Source: Thalia democratica (lineage: Eukaryota). From it: a DNA stretch of 64,000 nt. Position 1 is the stretch's first letter. Each line of letters opens with the position of its first letter. The notes under the pieces are model-generated. The model did no database searches. It saw nothing but the letters and a program-made list of their open reading frames with translations, and had not been told where the DNA came from. Shown here one piece after another: positions 1 to 14,200 of the stretch. Made by a program: the position numbers and the translations under genes. Location of the stretch: positions 52,886,001 to 52,950,000 of the forward strand of contig OZ241832.1 of the NCBI GenBank assembly GCA_965202585.1, given 5' to 3'.

Positions 1-739
1 AATATAAAGTTTAAAATTAAACAATTAGTTTAACTTAATGTAAAATTGTCAAAAACTCCGCTATCTGTGATTATATTGTTTCCCTCCTATCAACTCCTCA
101 TCTTATAGCACGATATTCGCGTACATTCAATCATAAGAACTCACAACTTTCGGGACTCCCCCTTCACCCCGCGCTTTTTACCGTTGTTGGTCAACCCCCG
201 TAGCAAGAACTTACTAATAGTTTTTTTTAAGTTTTACTATTTTTCATTATATTTTATTGGTTGTAAATATAGATAAATAATTGAATTCAAATGAAGAGCT
301 CTAACATAGCTAAAAATTGTGCTATAAAAGACTTTTTTAAATATGTTCTATGGTAACAAACTTTAAAAAAGTTCATTATGAAAACAATTTGGTCAAAGCT
401 ATTTAAATATTTTTTCTAATAACTATTATTTTTCACAGGCGTAAATTTTCCACAGACAGTTTCAAAACCAGGTAGAAAATAAACTTTTGTTTACTACTTA
501 GCTCAATAAAAGTATATGTGATCACAGTAGTGCACTTTTTTACACTACAAAAAATAAAATTAATACTCGTAAAAAACTAATTAAAAGTTTTTCAAAAAAT
601 TATAAGCACTTTTTTATGAGACAGATAAGTAACAAGATAGTTTTCTTTATAAAGTACTAACAAAACTATTTCATAAAAAAGTCATTTCGTTTATATATCG
701 CTACGTTGGTAAACAACTTAAAAGCAAAAACACACAACT

Positions 740-913
740 CCAGTTGCAGCTTTCATATCGTAAAAATTGTTTTTCTTTCACTTGAAATCCACAAACTGAC
801 TGTTGAGAACTTCGATAGAAGCTTGCCAGCTTGCAAGAGACTTTGAGGGACGTGAAAAGTAAAGCATTTTATTGAAAGTAGAAAAAAAGTAGCTGTCGAA
901 GGCGCGCGCTCCG
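740..913 (+). other. Probable non-coding 5' exon of the protease gene
   Basis: Locally GC-richer stretch ending in a strong donor CCG|GTAAGA at 914. A candidate acceptor (AAATACAG) lies at about 1699, just before the ATG at 1717. The start coordinate is approximate and there is no transcript evidence. Confidence 0.35.
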
Positions 914-1716
914 GTAAGAATTAGTCATAACGCAGTATTCGTTCATATTTACTTTGTTCAGTTGCAAGCATATTTTAGTGTGTGTTTATTAAGAAACGAA
1001 AAGTTTTATAAGTCTTTCAATTTTTGTTTCTAAGATTTACTAGACTATAAGTTAAAGTAAACATTTATAATTTGTTATATTTACTAAAAGCATAATTTTA
1101 ACATATTATCCATATTTGGATATCGTTCAAATCTTGTTAAAACAGAAATATTCAAACTTTTCTACGAACTTGCGAGTGATGGGTTTGCTTATGTAAGTTA
1201 CTTGCATATGATAAGCATTATGCTTTGTTACACTTAATTTGGTTTGTTAAGCCGAAACTAATTTAGAATTCTTGAAATATTTTTATTTACAACAACGATT
1301 TATATAAAATTTGTTAAAGTTATTACTTTCATTTGAAATTTAAATGCTTGCAAGAGTAGCACGTAAATAAATTTTGTGCACTACGATAAATATAATTCAC
1401 ACTTAAACTTGTTAGTTTTTGGCTAATGCGATTATAGGTTTTATTTTGAAAAACTTGCTAACCTACACATCGTTGTAAAACAACTTTAATTAGTAAAATA
1501 TATTAAGAACAGATTTATACCTAAAATTTTCGCACCGTATGTACAAATTTAAACAAAACAGAGTATTACACCTACCACTGTTTTATTTTTGTTTCATTTT
1601 CTTGTGCCTTTGAAAAAATAAAGTTTTTTGTAGCAAGTAGTTTGAAAATTATTTAAATTTTGCTAACACTTTTGATAATTAATAAATTATGAAATACAGT
1701 TTTTATATTTTTTATT

Positions 1717-4700
1717 ATGAAGTTAACTGTGAAGATCTCATTTCTCTGCATTATTGTTTTACACTGCCAAGGAGGTAAAAATTGTTTTATATATTACTTT
1801 TTTTCTTTTGATTTTTTTTTGGGCTTTCAAAAGAGTCTTTTTGTTCTTTAAACGCATTTAGATGTTTTAGAAACATTTTAAGTTCAAATTTTAATTTAAA
1901 AAAAAACTGTTTTTGCTAAATTTTCTTTTAACCTATTTATAAACAGATGACAAAATCAAAACTGATAAAGCTAAAGACTACTTATTGTATTAAAAAAACG
2001 TTTTACACAATATTTACTAACACAAATAGTTAGACGCATTTACTAGTGCAATTTTCATCTTAGCACCTCAAACAGCGATTGTTAAGTTCACAAAAAACTG
2101 TTTTAAAATGTTGAGTGTTTTATTTACAAAAAAAATTCCCAGTCGCCAATCCGAAAAAAGTAGTGACGTTCAGGAGGGGATTCACCCCCGGTGACGTCAT
2201 CACGTGGAAGGGAAAGCCGATGACGTCACGGTGCGTTCCCGCAAAACTTTTCTTGTTGTCACGTGACGGCAGGAAACTTTTCAACCTCAACGTAAAAAGC
2301 TGCATGCATCAGGTTATACTCAATTTCATTATTGTAATTAAATAATTTATTTTCATAAATTTTATCACTCACAATTTATTTGTAAATTAAAGGCGGTAAG
2401 TTATTATAAAAGCATTTAAACGATTGGTTGAGCTCAAAACGCGAGTTTATGATGTTTAAAACGCCAATACGCTTGCTGCAATAAAAACACTTAAAAGGTT
2501 ATTTAAGTTTATAATCGGTTGCTGGTTTAGGGATAAACGTAGCTAAAGCTTTAATATGTAAACAATTGCTTATTAACATATTTCAACACTTATCTAGCGT
2601 GTCAAGCATTAGTTTTGTATGATTTTGCAAAATACAATGTTTAGTTTAAAACCTCTGAACTGATTTTGTTCATTCTAACCTAATTTATTTTTTTTATGTG
2701 AAGCTATGTAAAAATAACTTAGATATCAAATTAAACTTTTCATAACCCAATCTACTCCACAACAAGGTTTCAGTCAGAACTGCTTCAAAGTCGAAACGAG
2801 CGAACGTCAAAACATGCTCAGTCAACAGCAGCTTGATACAAAAGGGAGCGGAATTCAACATTAAGATTCAGTTTCAGCAAAAACAGTACAACTTCTTCCT
2901 GGACAACAAGCTACTCTTCACCATTCCGTTAGTTCAACCGACCAAGTTTAATCTTGTTTTATTCAAAAGAATTCTGACTTAACTTACTGAATCGTTTTAG
3001 TTGAAGTAGCGGCTGAAGTTTATCAGTCATAACAGAAGTTCAAGTTTAATGCAACAGTCAAATTTTTTATCTTTTAGTTAAAACACCAAAATACGTTTGA
3101 CTAAATCGTTTCAGTCGAAATAACTGCCAAAATCTCGCTGTTTTTTATCAGTCAAAGTAAACTGATAATCTCAACTGTAATCGATTTCACATTTCACAAA
3201 CCGGCCCATCATTACCGCCTAATACACCTGCAATTATTTAAAATTACTCAAAATTTATTTGTAAACAAGCAGCGCCTCGCCCATTAAAATATTTCAGAAA
3301 CAATTTCTTATGCAAACTGCCGGCAAGCATCGTAAATATCGCTGTCTGTTGACAGTAGTAATTTGCGGCGGATTCTTGGAATATTTGAAATAATTTAAAT
3401 ATTTGTTGCTAAATTAAGTGGATATTGCTCCTTTGTGTCAAGGCCAGAGCTAAAAATAGATTTGAAATACAAATGTTAAACCGAGAGCGTTTGCCTAAAA
3501 AACACTTACTGATTGCAAGTTATTTTTGTGTGTTAAGGCAGCCGAACAACATTACATAATTTTTTACCAGGCATTTAGATGAAAAACAACTGAAAGAAGA
3601 AGCTAAAGTTGTGGTGTTGCACACAGAAGCAGCAAAAATACATCAAATGAATTTCTACGACTTCGGTTAGAAAAAATGTGTTTTTTCGATGGCTCAAAAT
3701 AGTTGCAGCTATCTTAATTTAAAATTAACAAATAACTTATTTCGATGCTCGAACAATTGTTAAAGTTTAGCAATGTTGTTAGCTTTTTTCTTTTTTTTCT
3801 TAACTCAGATAAAAAAAATGTTTTTGAGATTAAAATAGTATAAAAAGTATAAAAAATAAAGAAAAAATTAGATTTAACAATATCCGAATCTAAACTACTT
3901 AAGTGGTATACTTTTAATAGAAAATGTTTTTATATGAAACTTCATTTATAATGTTTTTATGTTCTTACACCATTTTGAGTATGTTGATTTGTTTAGCAAA
4001 AAATAAACAGTTGTTAGTATTTTTTAAGAAGCTTAACTGTTTGTTTTTACAGTATATAAAAAATCATTTATTCTATACAACCTATTAAAATTTACAGCAA
4101 AACATATTTCATCTGCCTTCAATCAACATGGAAATTATTTACAAGCGAGACACCAAGTTCATCATATTTCGAAAAGAGTAGTGAATGGTAGAAACGCAGA
4201 AATTACTTCCGCCCCTTGGCAGGTTAAGTATTCTTTTTAATGTTCTACTATTTTGGTTAACAGTTTGTATTGTTTTAAATCAACTTTTTTTTCTTTTTAA
4301 ATGAAAGTAGGTTCGTTGCTCTTAAAAGTATTTAGAGCATTTGAATAATGTTAAGTTTTAAAGCAACTAGTTTGCAAAAAATGACTGCTCTTTAAAATGC
4401 ATGACAAAATTAACACAATGACTAAATCAACGCAATTAAAATACTTGTATATTAAAACTTCAAAAACTTTTTAACAGGCGTCTTTGCATAAGAACAGGAC
4501 GCTTTCAAACTCGAGTTTCGAAGATTTGTTTTTCTGCGGGGCGACCCTGATTGACAGGTGTTGGCTGCTGACCGCTGCCCACTGTTTCCACAACCACAAC
4601 TACCAGTTTGTTGTATTTTTATTTATATTAACAATAAAACAGAAATTGTCTGTTCATAAATAATCGTGTAAGAACTTCCACAGACAATACTTGTTTCAAC

Positions 4701-7383
4701 TACACATAAACTATTAATATTTTCGCACATCGAGTCACATTTACATTAGATGTAAAACTCTGAAACCTGGCTTTTAAGCAACAGTTTTGTTAGGTTTAAC
4801 AATCTGACAGTTTCTATTAAATTTTAAGTTTAACATAGTCAAAAAATGTTTTTGGGAGAGGCAGTGCTAAATACTAAGTATATTTTTCTGAAGAAATAGT
4901 TTTTAGTTTATTAACTGTGCTTGTGTTCAGATATTTAACATCAAACCTCAAATAATTACGTATTTCATTAAAAAATATGTTAGCAGTTTCAACTTTTCAA
5001 TAACTTGCAACTAAAACTTAAATTATGACTAACCAGCTACACTAAACATAGATACAATAACAGTTTTGAATCTTCATGCTTACAAAACACCACATTTTTA
5101 ACAGTGACGTCAAAAACTACTGGGTCACAATCGGCAGCCAATACAAAGACGGTTATGACAAGAGTGCACAAAACTTGCAAATCAGAAGAATATACGTGCA
5201 TGGGCAATTCAACAGAGTTACGGGGGAAGCTTCCAGATTCGATATTTCCCTCATACATCTGAGAACTTGCGCTGTTTACAGGTTTGATTAACGGCAGTTA
5301 GTTTAAGCAGTTGTATAGTTTTATCACAGAAACTTCAACAGTTGTGTTAATTTTTATAACATTGATCTTGTAGTTTAATTAATAGAAAAATAGTTTTTTA
5401 CGTTATATAAAAATAGTAACTTCTGTAACATGAGACAAATTTTTAAATCAAAAATTGTACAAAAGTATATACCTTTTGATAGGCTTAAACTTATCTAAGT
5501 TTGTTATGTAAAAGATGCTCGAAAATTGAATTTTTTAATACTGCTAAAATTTGAAAGCATCAATATATTTAAGGCCCTAATTTCTTAACAAGGTTAAAAC
5601 CTTAATAGTATATTCAAAAACTTTATTAAAATTTGTTTATTAAAAAACTTTATTTTTACTAAAAGCATTTAAAATCTTTACGTTGTTTGGTTTTTTTTGT
5701 TTTAATTTTTAGGGGTTTAAAATAGTTTCAAACGGAAAAATAATTTTTATCAACTTTTGTGAAACAGTAATCTGTAACCTCAAGTCAGCTTTAAGTTTAC
5801 GCAGTGACAACAAACAACGTCATAAACATCAGTTTAAGATGGACTTTAGCTGCCGAGTCAAGCTGCATCGTAAAATTGTAACAAGCAGAATTTTAATCCG
5901 TTTCGGTCGGTTATTCGGTGTGTAAACACAGCTTATGCGGTGAATATTACAACCAGCTGTGTTTGTTATTGTCGTTAGTGCTTGGTAAAGTGTGTTTCAG
6001 CAGATTAGCGGGATTTGTTCAAGATAAATTTTTGTTGATTGTGCGTGTGTTGTGTACATAGTTGTTGGTATGCACAAATTGTTGTTGGAGATTTGTTGTG
6101 CTTTGTTTGCTAAAATCGTCAAAGTTGGCTAAAATTGTTTTTAAGACTTTTTTTGTTATTCTGCTTGGTAGTTTTACAAATATAAAAGCTGCTTTAACTG
6201 CTATCAAATAATAAACCTAAGTACAGTTTAAAACTACCAAGTCATTATCTCATAACCACTTGAACCGTTTTGCAACAGCGAACACGTGAAACCGGCAAAA
6301 CTGCCGTCAATGGAAGGTCAGTTTGTGGAAGGAGACAGCTGCAAGGTGACCGGATGGGGAGCCTACAAAGTCAAACAGAAACGTTTGAAATTTTACTTGT
6401 CGTGTGATATGTACTTGTAGATAAGTTGAAATCTTTGCTAAAACTTGAAGCCAAAGTATAATGCGTTAAGTGATACACAGAAACTTAAAAAAAAATATTT
6501 TTTGATTATTCGAATAAGTCAGTATACTGTTTTAGTTTAATAAAAAGATATAAAATCTTAATTATGTACTAATAACAGCAACGAGCGCAAAGTTCAGCTT
6601 CAAAAAGTTTGTCGACGATCTTGACTTTACGGAAGAACTGCAAGAAGGAAGAGTGAACATTCAACCGGCTGGTGATTGTTACAAGACACAAAAATACTTC
6701 AGTAAGAAGCATCAACTCTGCGCGAACGGGGTAAGTTGAAAAGTTGTTGTAAATTTCTTGTAAGGATTTGCTGTTTAGTTGATGGTAATATAAATTGTGT
6801 TTATTCTTTCTTACTAAAATTGTTTTTTGTAACTTAGATTAAAAAAATTAAAACAAGTAGTTTAGTTACTTTTGTCTCATATATTTATACTTTTTTTTAA
6901 TAAGTTAATTATTTTATACTTATATTTTTGCAGTGAATTGTTTATCAATAAACAAAAGTTAACTTAAATAATTACAAATCATATTTTTAATTGAAACAGC
7001 TTTTGAAAACAACAATTAACTGAAGACTGACATAACATTAAATTAACTTTTACAATATCAAAATGCATTTTAATAAATATGTGAATCTATATTACAACAA
7101 ACAGGTTGTGTACGACGAGCAAGGCAACCAACATCCAATCAAATCGGTGGACGCCTGCCTCAACGACAGCGGTGGCCCCCTAGTCTGCAGTCGCCTTAGC
7201 AACCACAATCGCCCCAACAACCGCTACGTGCTGTGGGGGGTGACCAGCCACGGTAAGAAGTGCGGAATAAGGGGAATTCCGGGGATTTACACGAAAGTTG
7301 CTACTTTTTATAATTGGATGTACGCGAAGATCGTGTTGAAAGACGAGGAGTTTGTAGGAGGGAGGCAATGTAACTACAGATAG
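1717..7383 (+). CDS. Secreted S1A (trypsin-like) serine protease with signal peptide and a divergent galectin-like N-terminal region, about 496 aa, 11 coding exons
   Basis: Hand-built exons, all GT-AG and phase-compatible: 1717-1774, 2143-2312, ~2767-2927, ~3115-3156, 3571-3665, 4098-4222, 4478-4605, 5105-5281, 6279-6382, 6579-6730, 7105-7383 (sum 1491 nt). Signal peptide MKLTVKISFLCIIVLHCQG. Activation site SKR|VVNGRNAEITSAPWQ. Triad motifs WLLTAAHC, FDISLIHL and DACLNDSGGP, plus CKVTGWG and PGIYTKV. Exons 3-4 have weaker boundaries (AAG acceptor, 42-nt exon). Confidence 0.9.
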
Positions 7384-10300
7384 CAGAATGTTTGAGATTG
7401 TTTTCGGAACAAAACTTGAAAAACGTATTCTAAATGATTTTTTTAGTTGTTTTTATAACTTTGTTAAACATGTTTAATTGAACATTAACGTTATACGACT
7501 GACGCGTTTATTTCTAAATATAAATATAGACTGATACAGTGAAAAAAAATGTCTGTTCTTTTTTGATTGTCCTTATTTGCTCTATGTCTATTTTTAAACA
7601 TTTTTTTTTTAAACTGTTTTTTTTTTTTTAATTTGTTATAATAAGTTTTTAGTTTACCTTTTGTTAGTGTCATTTTAGATAGTGTAATTATTTTTATTAT
7701 TTATCGTTATATCATTTTTCGTAGCACTGATAATGTAACTTTTAAAATTCTTTGTTTCAAAAATCAATTAGTTATGATTTAATTGATAGTTATGTTTATT
7801 CGTAGCATCATTTTTTGAGTTTATAGTAAACGTTTTGTAAATGGATATCAAGAGGTCTTGGTGTTATGACAACTTTTTTACAAATTAAAAGATTCGTTTC
7901 AAAAACTAAAATTTATGTTTTGCAACTGCAAACGACTTGAAGCTGCATGTAAATTTTTCACTTTCTTCAAATTTATTTATATTGTATACAAAAAATTTGT
8001 AGACTTTAAGTTTAGTTTAAAATCAAAGCCAAACCTTTATTGTTTTTGAAAGATCTTTTGGATCAAGTAAAAAACATGATCATTATTTTTACTTGTTAAA
8101 AACTTGGGTCATTTTTTTCACTTCCCCAGGATTTTTAGTGAAATATAAATTGTTTGATGTATTTCAATATCAGTATCAATATCAGCGTATATTTTCAATA
8201 TATTACTTATTAAAATTTATATTTTAGAAATACTTATTTCTAAGATATTTTTTACAATTAAGAAAAAGAAACATAGCCAGTCATAATCTATCTAAAAACA
8301 TTTTAGTAAACAAGGTGTAATTGTTAATATCTTAAACTATTTTAAGTTCTTAAAAGTAAGCTATCAGGTACAAACAGAGACAGATAAAGTTAATAACTCT
8401 GCATATAAAAACAAAAAGACTTGAGAGTTTTTAAAAGTACAAAACTGCTATGTAATAGCAAACAAAGGTTTATGTATACACTATATATAGTTAGGTTTTA
8501 TGTATGATTTTTTAAACTATTTTTGTAAAAATATTACAAAAAATTAAAAATAAAATTTTTAAATCAGTTGTCGGTAAAACCAACTTGTATTAAAAAGACA
8601 GAATTGATTTTTTTAAGTATATAATGATTTAAATATGCTTTTTTTTGTGACTCTGAATAAGTATTAGTTCTTGTTAAATGATCAATATGACTTTGCTTTT
8701 TAGCTGTAATTTTAATGTTTTTAGTATAACTTTTTTTAAATTAAAGCCGTATGCTAAGACATGTTTAACTCTATCTACCATGTTACTTGTAAAAGTTTTC
8801 CGACCCTTTTTTAAACTAACAATTGATAAATCGAGAAAACACTTAATCATAAAAAAAAGCTAAAATGTGTACATTTTTTTAAGCAGTGCGACCGAAACTG
8901 TGTACAGAAACTATTTTTCTGTTAGTATTTAGTCAACCATAAGTGGTGAATTTGTTTTAAAAATAGGTAAATGCTCTCTGTTTCATATTATTTAGTTGTT
9001 TTGTAACATTTCCTAACAAGTTTTAGCATATTATTATTAAACATCGTCGTAAAAACTTAGTTTTTGCATTACAAAGTATTTATTTAAATATCGAATGTGC
9101 ACAAAGTTTATTTTCTACTTTGCATAACTTTTAAAAGATTTTGAACCATTTCTACATTATAGTTTTTGTTTTAGTCAAAAAATGCATAAGTATTTTTCAG
9201 AAAGTTACGCAAAATTCCTAAAAAGCTTTTATTGTTGTTAAAATACGCTTTAAAAATGTTTCAAAAATGACCAAAACAAAATGGGTATATATTTTGTTTT
9301 TAATGTTAGTTTGTAGGTACTTATTTTTTTTAATATTGGTAATGTAAACAAATACATAATTTTTTTACAGACCGTTTTAATAAAAAATACTTTTTTTAAT
9401 CAACAAAGTCAACGTGTTTTCCGGTCGTTTAATGACTTATATGCAAAACTAAAAAAGTCTTTTTACCATACTTTTGAAAAAGTTTAAAGTTATGCAATTG
9501 TTTTGTGTAGTAGCTCCTAATAAAGTCTTAACTATTAAATTTCATTCGTTTATTTATGAATAATCAAAACAAAGCTAAATATTAGCGTAGAGATACTAAA
9601 AATATGTTTTTTGTTTTATTCAGAGCACGATCTGTAGGTATTGAATGACTTAATTGAGAATTTTAGACTTATTAATTCGTTTATTTCTGTATATGTATAC
9701 AAAAAAAAATTAAGCTAATATTTAAGCACGTTACAGCTGTAAAAGCTTCAATCAAAAAAAACTTTAAAAAAATATCATGATAGAAAAATTAATAAGCTTT
9801 ATATAAGCAAATTAATAGTAAACCAAGTATTTGAAGTTAAACGTATGCCAAAAAAATATAATTGCTTTTTAAGTAGAAGAAGTTATACAAAAAACTTTAT
9901 AAAATAAAATAATATAAATGATTTAAAAATTAAAGGTTTTTTTTTACTAGATAATTTTTTTTTGCAGACTATAAAAACAATACAGTTTTTAAATCATATA
10001 AGAATTTTATTCAAATAGAATGTAAGTAAATAAATAATACATTAAAAATAAACTAAATCTAAAAAGAGTAAGTAATTTATTTTTAAAGTTTTCAAATAAA
10101 GGTTGAATAAATGTTGTAATCATTATAAAGTTAAAATTATTATTATTATTAATATATTGTTATCGTTTATTATAGTATTGAGTTATTAACAAAAATTGTT
10201 GAATATGATAAACTACAAATATTTTCGATAAAACTATGTTGTTTTATAAAATCAAAAAGCAAAAAACTAATAGTGGAAAATAAAAGTTCTAGCAAAGTAA

Positions 10301-11289
10301 ATAACTTTAATTTAGTATAAATAAAAAAAAAAATAATAATAATAAATAAAATAAATAAGTAATATAACATAAATAAAATAATTTTATAACAAAGACATAA
10401 ATCTAAGTTGTTAATCACAAGCAACTTGTAAAAGACACAAATATATTTGCAAAGTGTATATCTATCGTTTTATAACTTAAAAGAAATAGCAAAAAAGATG
10501 GAATAACAGAAAGATTTTGTTTAAGAATAAAATCAATGCGTTTAGCTAATACAAAAAAAATATAAAAATATACAAAGTAAAGTTTTTTAATAAAACAACC
10601 AAATTTTGTTTAAATATTTAACAGCTAGAGCTTTCAATGACATAGTATAAGTATCTATTTTTATATACACTTTGAATTTCAATCAATATAAAACGCTGTA
10701 ACATTGAAATCGCTTTCATCGATTTACTTGTTTGTTTATCAATGTATGATAGCACCTTATGTTAAGTGTCCGAAAATCTATTTGATTGTAAACACTATAC
10801 GTTAAAATTAATCTACTTTCAGTTTATTTCGACATCTGTGTTTCAAACTGACAATTTAACCACTTTTCAATATTTTAAGGAAAGCGAACGTACAGTTAAC
10901 AGAAAAAAAGAACAATTTTTATTCATCATATTTTCTATAACTTATTTTTTTAAACAAAGCTATTATTTTTTTATAATGTGTTTGTACAGCAGTATAGTTT
11001 TATGTTTAAATATCAACAACGTAGTTAGCGAAAGCTTACTTGTGTTACATATATTATTATATTGTAACATTGTGATCTTCTGTTTAAATTAGAATAACAA
11101 AAACTTGGATTGTAAAAGTTCTATTACTGTCAGGAAGTATAAACTTTATTTAATACCAAATAAGTTTTTCTTTTAATCTAAATTAACTTTATGTTGTGTA
11201 TATTACACAAATATAACTAAAGGATTATTTTGAAACCAACTGATAGTTTTTCCAAATATTTTAGATAGCAAAACTACCATTAAAAGGAA

Positions 11290-14200
11290 ATGAAGATCGT
11301 GATCTGTTTATTATTTTATTGCTCGGTAAGTTTTCCTGGCGTGATTCAAGAAACTTTGATGTATAACAATTATCTTTCAAAGTATTTTAAATTGTTTCAA
11401 ATAGATTTTTATATATATTCTGTAACTAAAAATAACCATACCACAACTATTAATCTAATTCTACCAAATTTTAAACTATTTAAAGCTAGAATTTTAATTG
11501 ACGGTTAACATAAAAATACAATAACAAATAGTATAGTATTTTACTAAAGATTCTCGTAACTAACATTCAAATCAAAAGCTTAAAACCTTTAATCGCATGT
11601 GAAAAGATAAACGTGCATAATTAATACATCGAAGTTACAAAACCTTGCTTTTGTTCAGAAGTTTTCAAAAGCGAGTTAACATGTCTAAATACAATGTAGA
11701 GTGTATGATTTGAACTTTCTTTTTTCTAGCTGGTCATCTCGTCCCTTAGCACTAAATTGTATGTATCTGTACACGAAGGAAGCAACAAAGGAACCGGAAA
11801 CATTGACAATCCTTTCAAGACAATTCAAAAAGCCATCAGAGTTGGAAGAAAGTTGAGAAAAACTGAAGCTTTCAGTGTGAAAATAATTCTCAGAGGTGGT
11901 ATGTACGTAGTGGATAAAAACATCGAGCTTTTTGCGCAGGTTGGCATTGAAAAACTACGACTAAAAAAACTGACTTTTTAGTATACTTTTAATCAAAAAA
12001 TACAGGATTCGAATACTACTATTACTAGTTATAGAAATGAAGAAGTCATAATTACCGGGTCGATTATCATAAAAAAAGAGAAGTTTGATTTGGTCAGAGA
12101 AAATGAAGATATAAAAGTTTACAAAGCAACTTTCGATGGCGAATGTTCACAAAATACATTCGTTGGGAGCAGAAGGCTTGTGCGGGCCAGGTTCGTCATA
12201 AAAATACTTTTGGTTAATGTGTTAAAAAGTAGTTAATAATTTTAAAAAGCTGATTGTAAAATAAAAGTTTGTTGTTCATTAAACATATTAATTCATACAC
12301 TTAGGTTTTTTTAGAGAATAGTTAGTTATCAAGAAGCAAAATTTTTAATTATTTATTTTTTAAAGTTTGGATTCTGAATTTAAAGCATTGTAGTTCAAAA
12401 CACAAGTAAATGTTCACAAAAAAAACATAAACTGCTTGCAAGTAATTAATACAACAATTTGTTCTAAGTTACATTTCTACAATGTATTTAAAAAAAAGTA
12501 AAGACTTGTGCTCTAAGTATTGTTTTAATCTCGTGAAAAACAATAAATAAAATCACAATTTATCAATCAAAATAAGTTTTTTTCTTACATTATATTTCTA
12601 CAGAAAACCCAATTTAGTCCAATGGACAGGCGAAAATATGAGTGGAGAAGGGCCTTACTTAAAAGTCAATGGATTGCTTAAAGAAACAAAAAGTTGTACT
12701 TACGAGTCTAAAGGAAGATTTCGACAAGTAAATGTTGCTTATAACTATACAGGAGTACCAATTAAAGCTTGCAAACACTGATAAATAAAGTTTACAGCTC
12801 AAGAACTTATTTTAATCGGCTCTTTTTCTTCGACTTTTGATTATAAAGTCTGGTATTTACAAAAAGTTATTTTATCTTTAATTTAAAGAGGTGGCGAACC
12901 GATAACGTTTAAATCTTTCAAATATTTCAATTTCTAGAAATGTCCCATAAGAAACAAATCGGGTTTCGTCTACAAACGTGGCGACATAACCGCTGACTGG
13001 ACACCGTCCATAAAGTCCAAGCACGGTGTGGATGTAATCGTGTTCCACGCCTGGACCGCAGAAAGGGGCACCATCGGCAAAATTGACCAGCGAAAAAACA
13101 GGGTTCTGTTCAAAAAACCACTCAAGAAGGCCGTAGGGGGTCACCCCTTCTCATCTGGGTACAGATACATTGTTGAAAATATTAAAAGCGGTAAATTTTG
13201 TTTTTTTTGAATTTGTTGATTCATTTCTAATCACTTTTGTTATCATGTAGAGTTGGACGCCCCTGGTGAGTTTTACTGTGAGCCGACTAACGGGAAAGAA
13301 TCGGAACTATTTTTTGCACTTCCGAGGAATGAAGTTCTATTTGACGACGTTTATGTAGGTGATACGTCTAAAATTTTTAAAGGTAAGTATTGTTAACTGA
13401 GTTTAAAAATAACTAAGTTAAAGTTGATTACTTTTGTGTTGAACAAAATTTTGGTGATGATTTACTAAGAAAAACATAAAATTTTGATTTAGAGAATTAT
13501 TTTTGATTTTCTCTGCTTCAACTAGTATTGAATTTTAGCAAAATATAGGTGCTTAATTATTTCGAAATTTTAATATGATTTCAAATAACTTAACCAGATT
13601 GTGTTAATACAAACTAATCAATGTAAACTCGTTAAATTTTAAGAACATATAATGTTTTGAAAATTTTTTTCACATAAAGTAATAAAAAGTAAGTCCATAG
13701 TAATAATGTACAAAAAACAAATAAGAATTGATATAATAAATTAAATTGTAACCATTCTAGTATAAAAATAGTACTTTAACTTTTTTATTAGCTAAAGTTT
13801 AGTATGAAGTTAATAAACAAAACTGTTCTTTATTAAGCAGAAATTTTATTTAAAAATGATGTTTTTTCTTTATGAAGTTATTTCCCCGTGTCTAAAAGTA
13901 TTTAATTATTGTTGTTTAACAATTTAAGAGTTGTAAAATCCATAAAATAATAATTAAAGTAAAAAAGTTTAGTATTTTATATAAATGTTTTAGATCTCTA
14001 CCTCAAAACTTTTGTCGATAAAACCTATTTTGAATGTTACTTATAATAAAATTTTACTACTGTAAAAAGACAACTGCATACTAAAACTATACTTTTAAAT
14101 TCGGCTGTCTTGCTTAAATTTAAACATGCTTATTTCAGTAAGTTTTTTTTACTTGAGTATTTTTCCAGCCTAGACACAACTTAATCTCAATTTAAAGCTA

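Noticed and set aside
3356-3392. Candidate protease exon reading VICGGFLEYLK after a TTGACAG acceptor
   Set aside because: It needs a phase-1 junction, but the flanking reconstructed boundaries are phase 2, and the model closes without it.
7491-11092. ORF-track calls in AT-rich intergenic DNA (7491-7673, 8678-8863, 10170-10424, 10766-11092) and similar calls at 41505, 44804 and 57951-58984
   Set aside because: They are F/L/I/K/N-rich translations of low-complexity AT DNA, often with non-ATG starts and no recognisable motifs.
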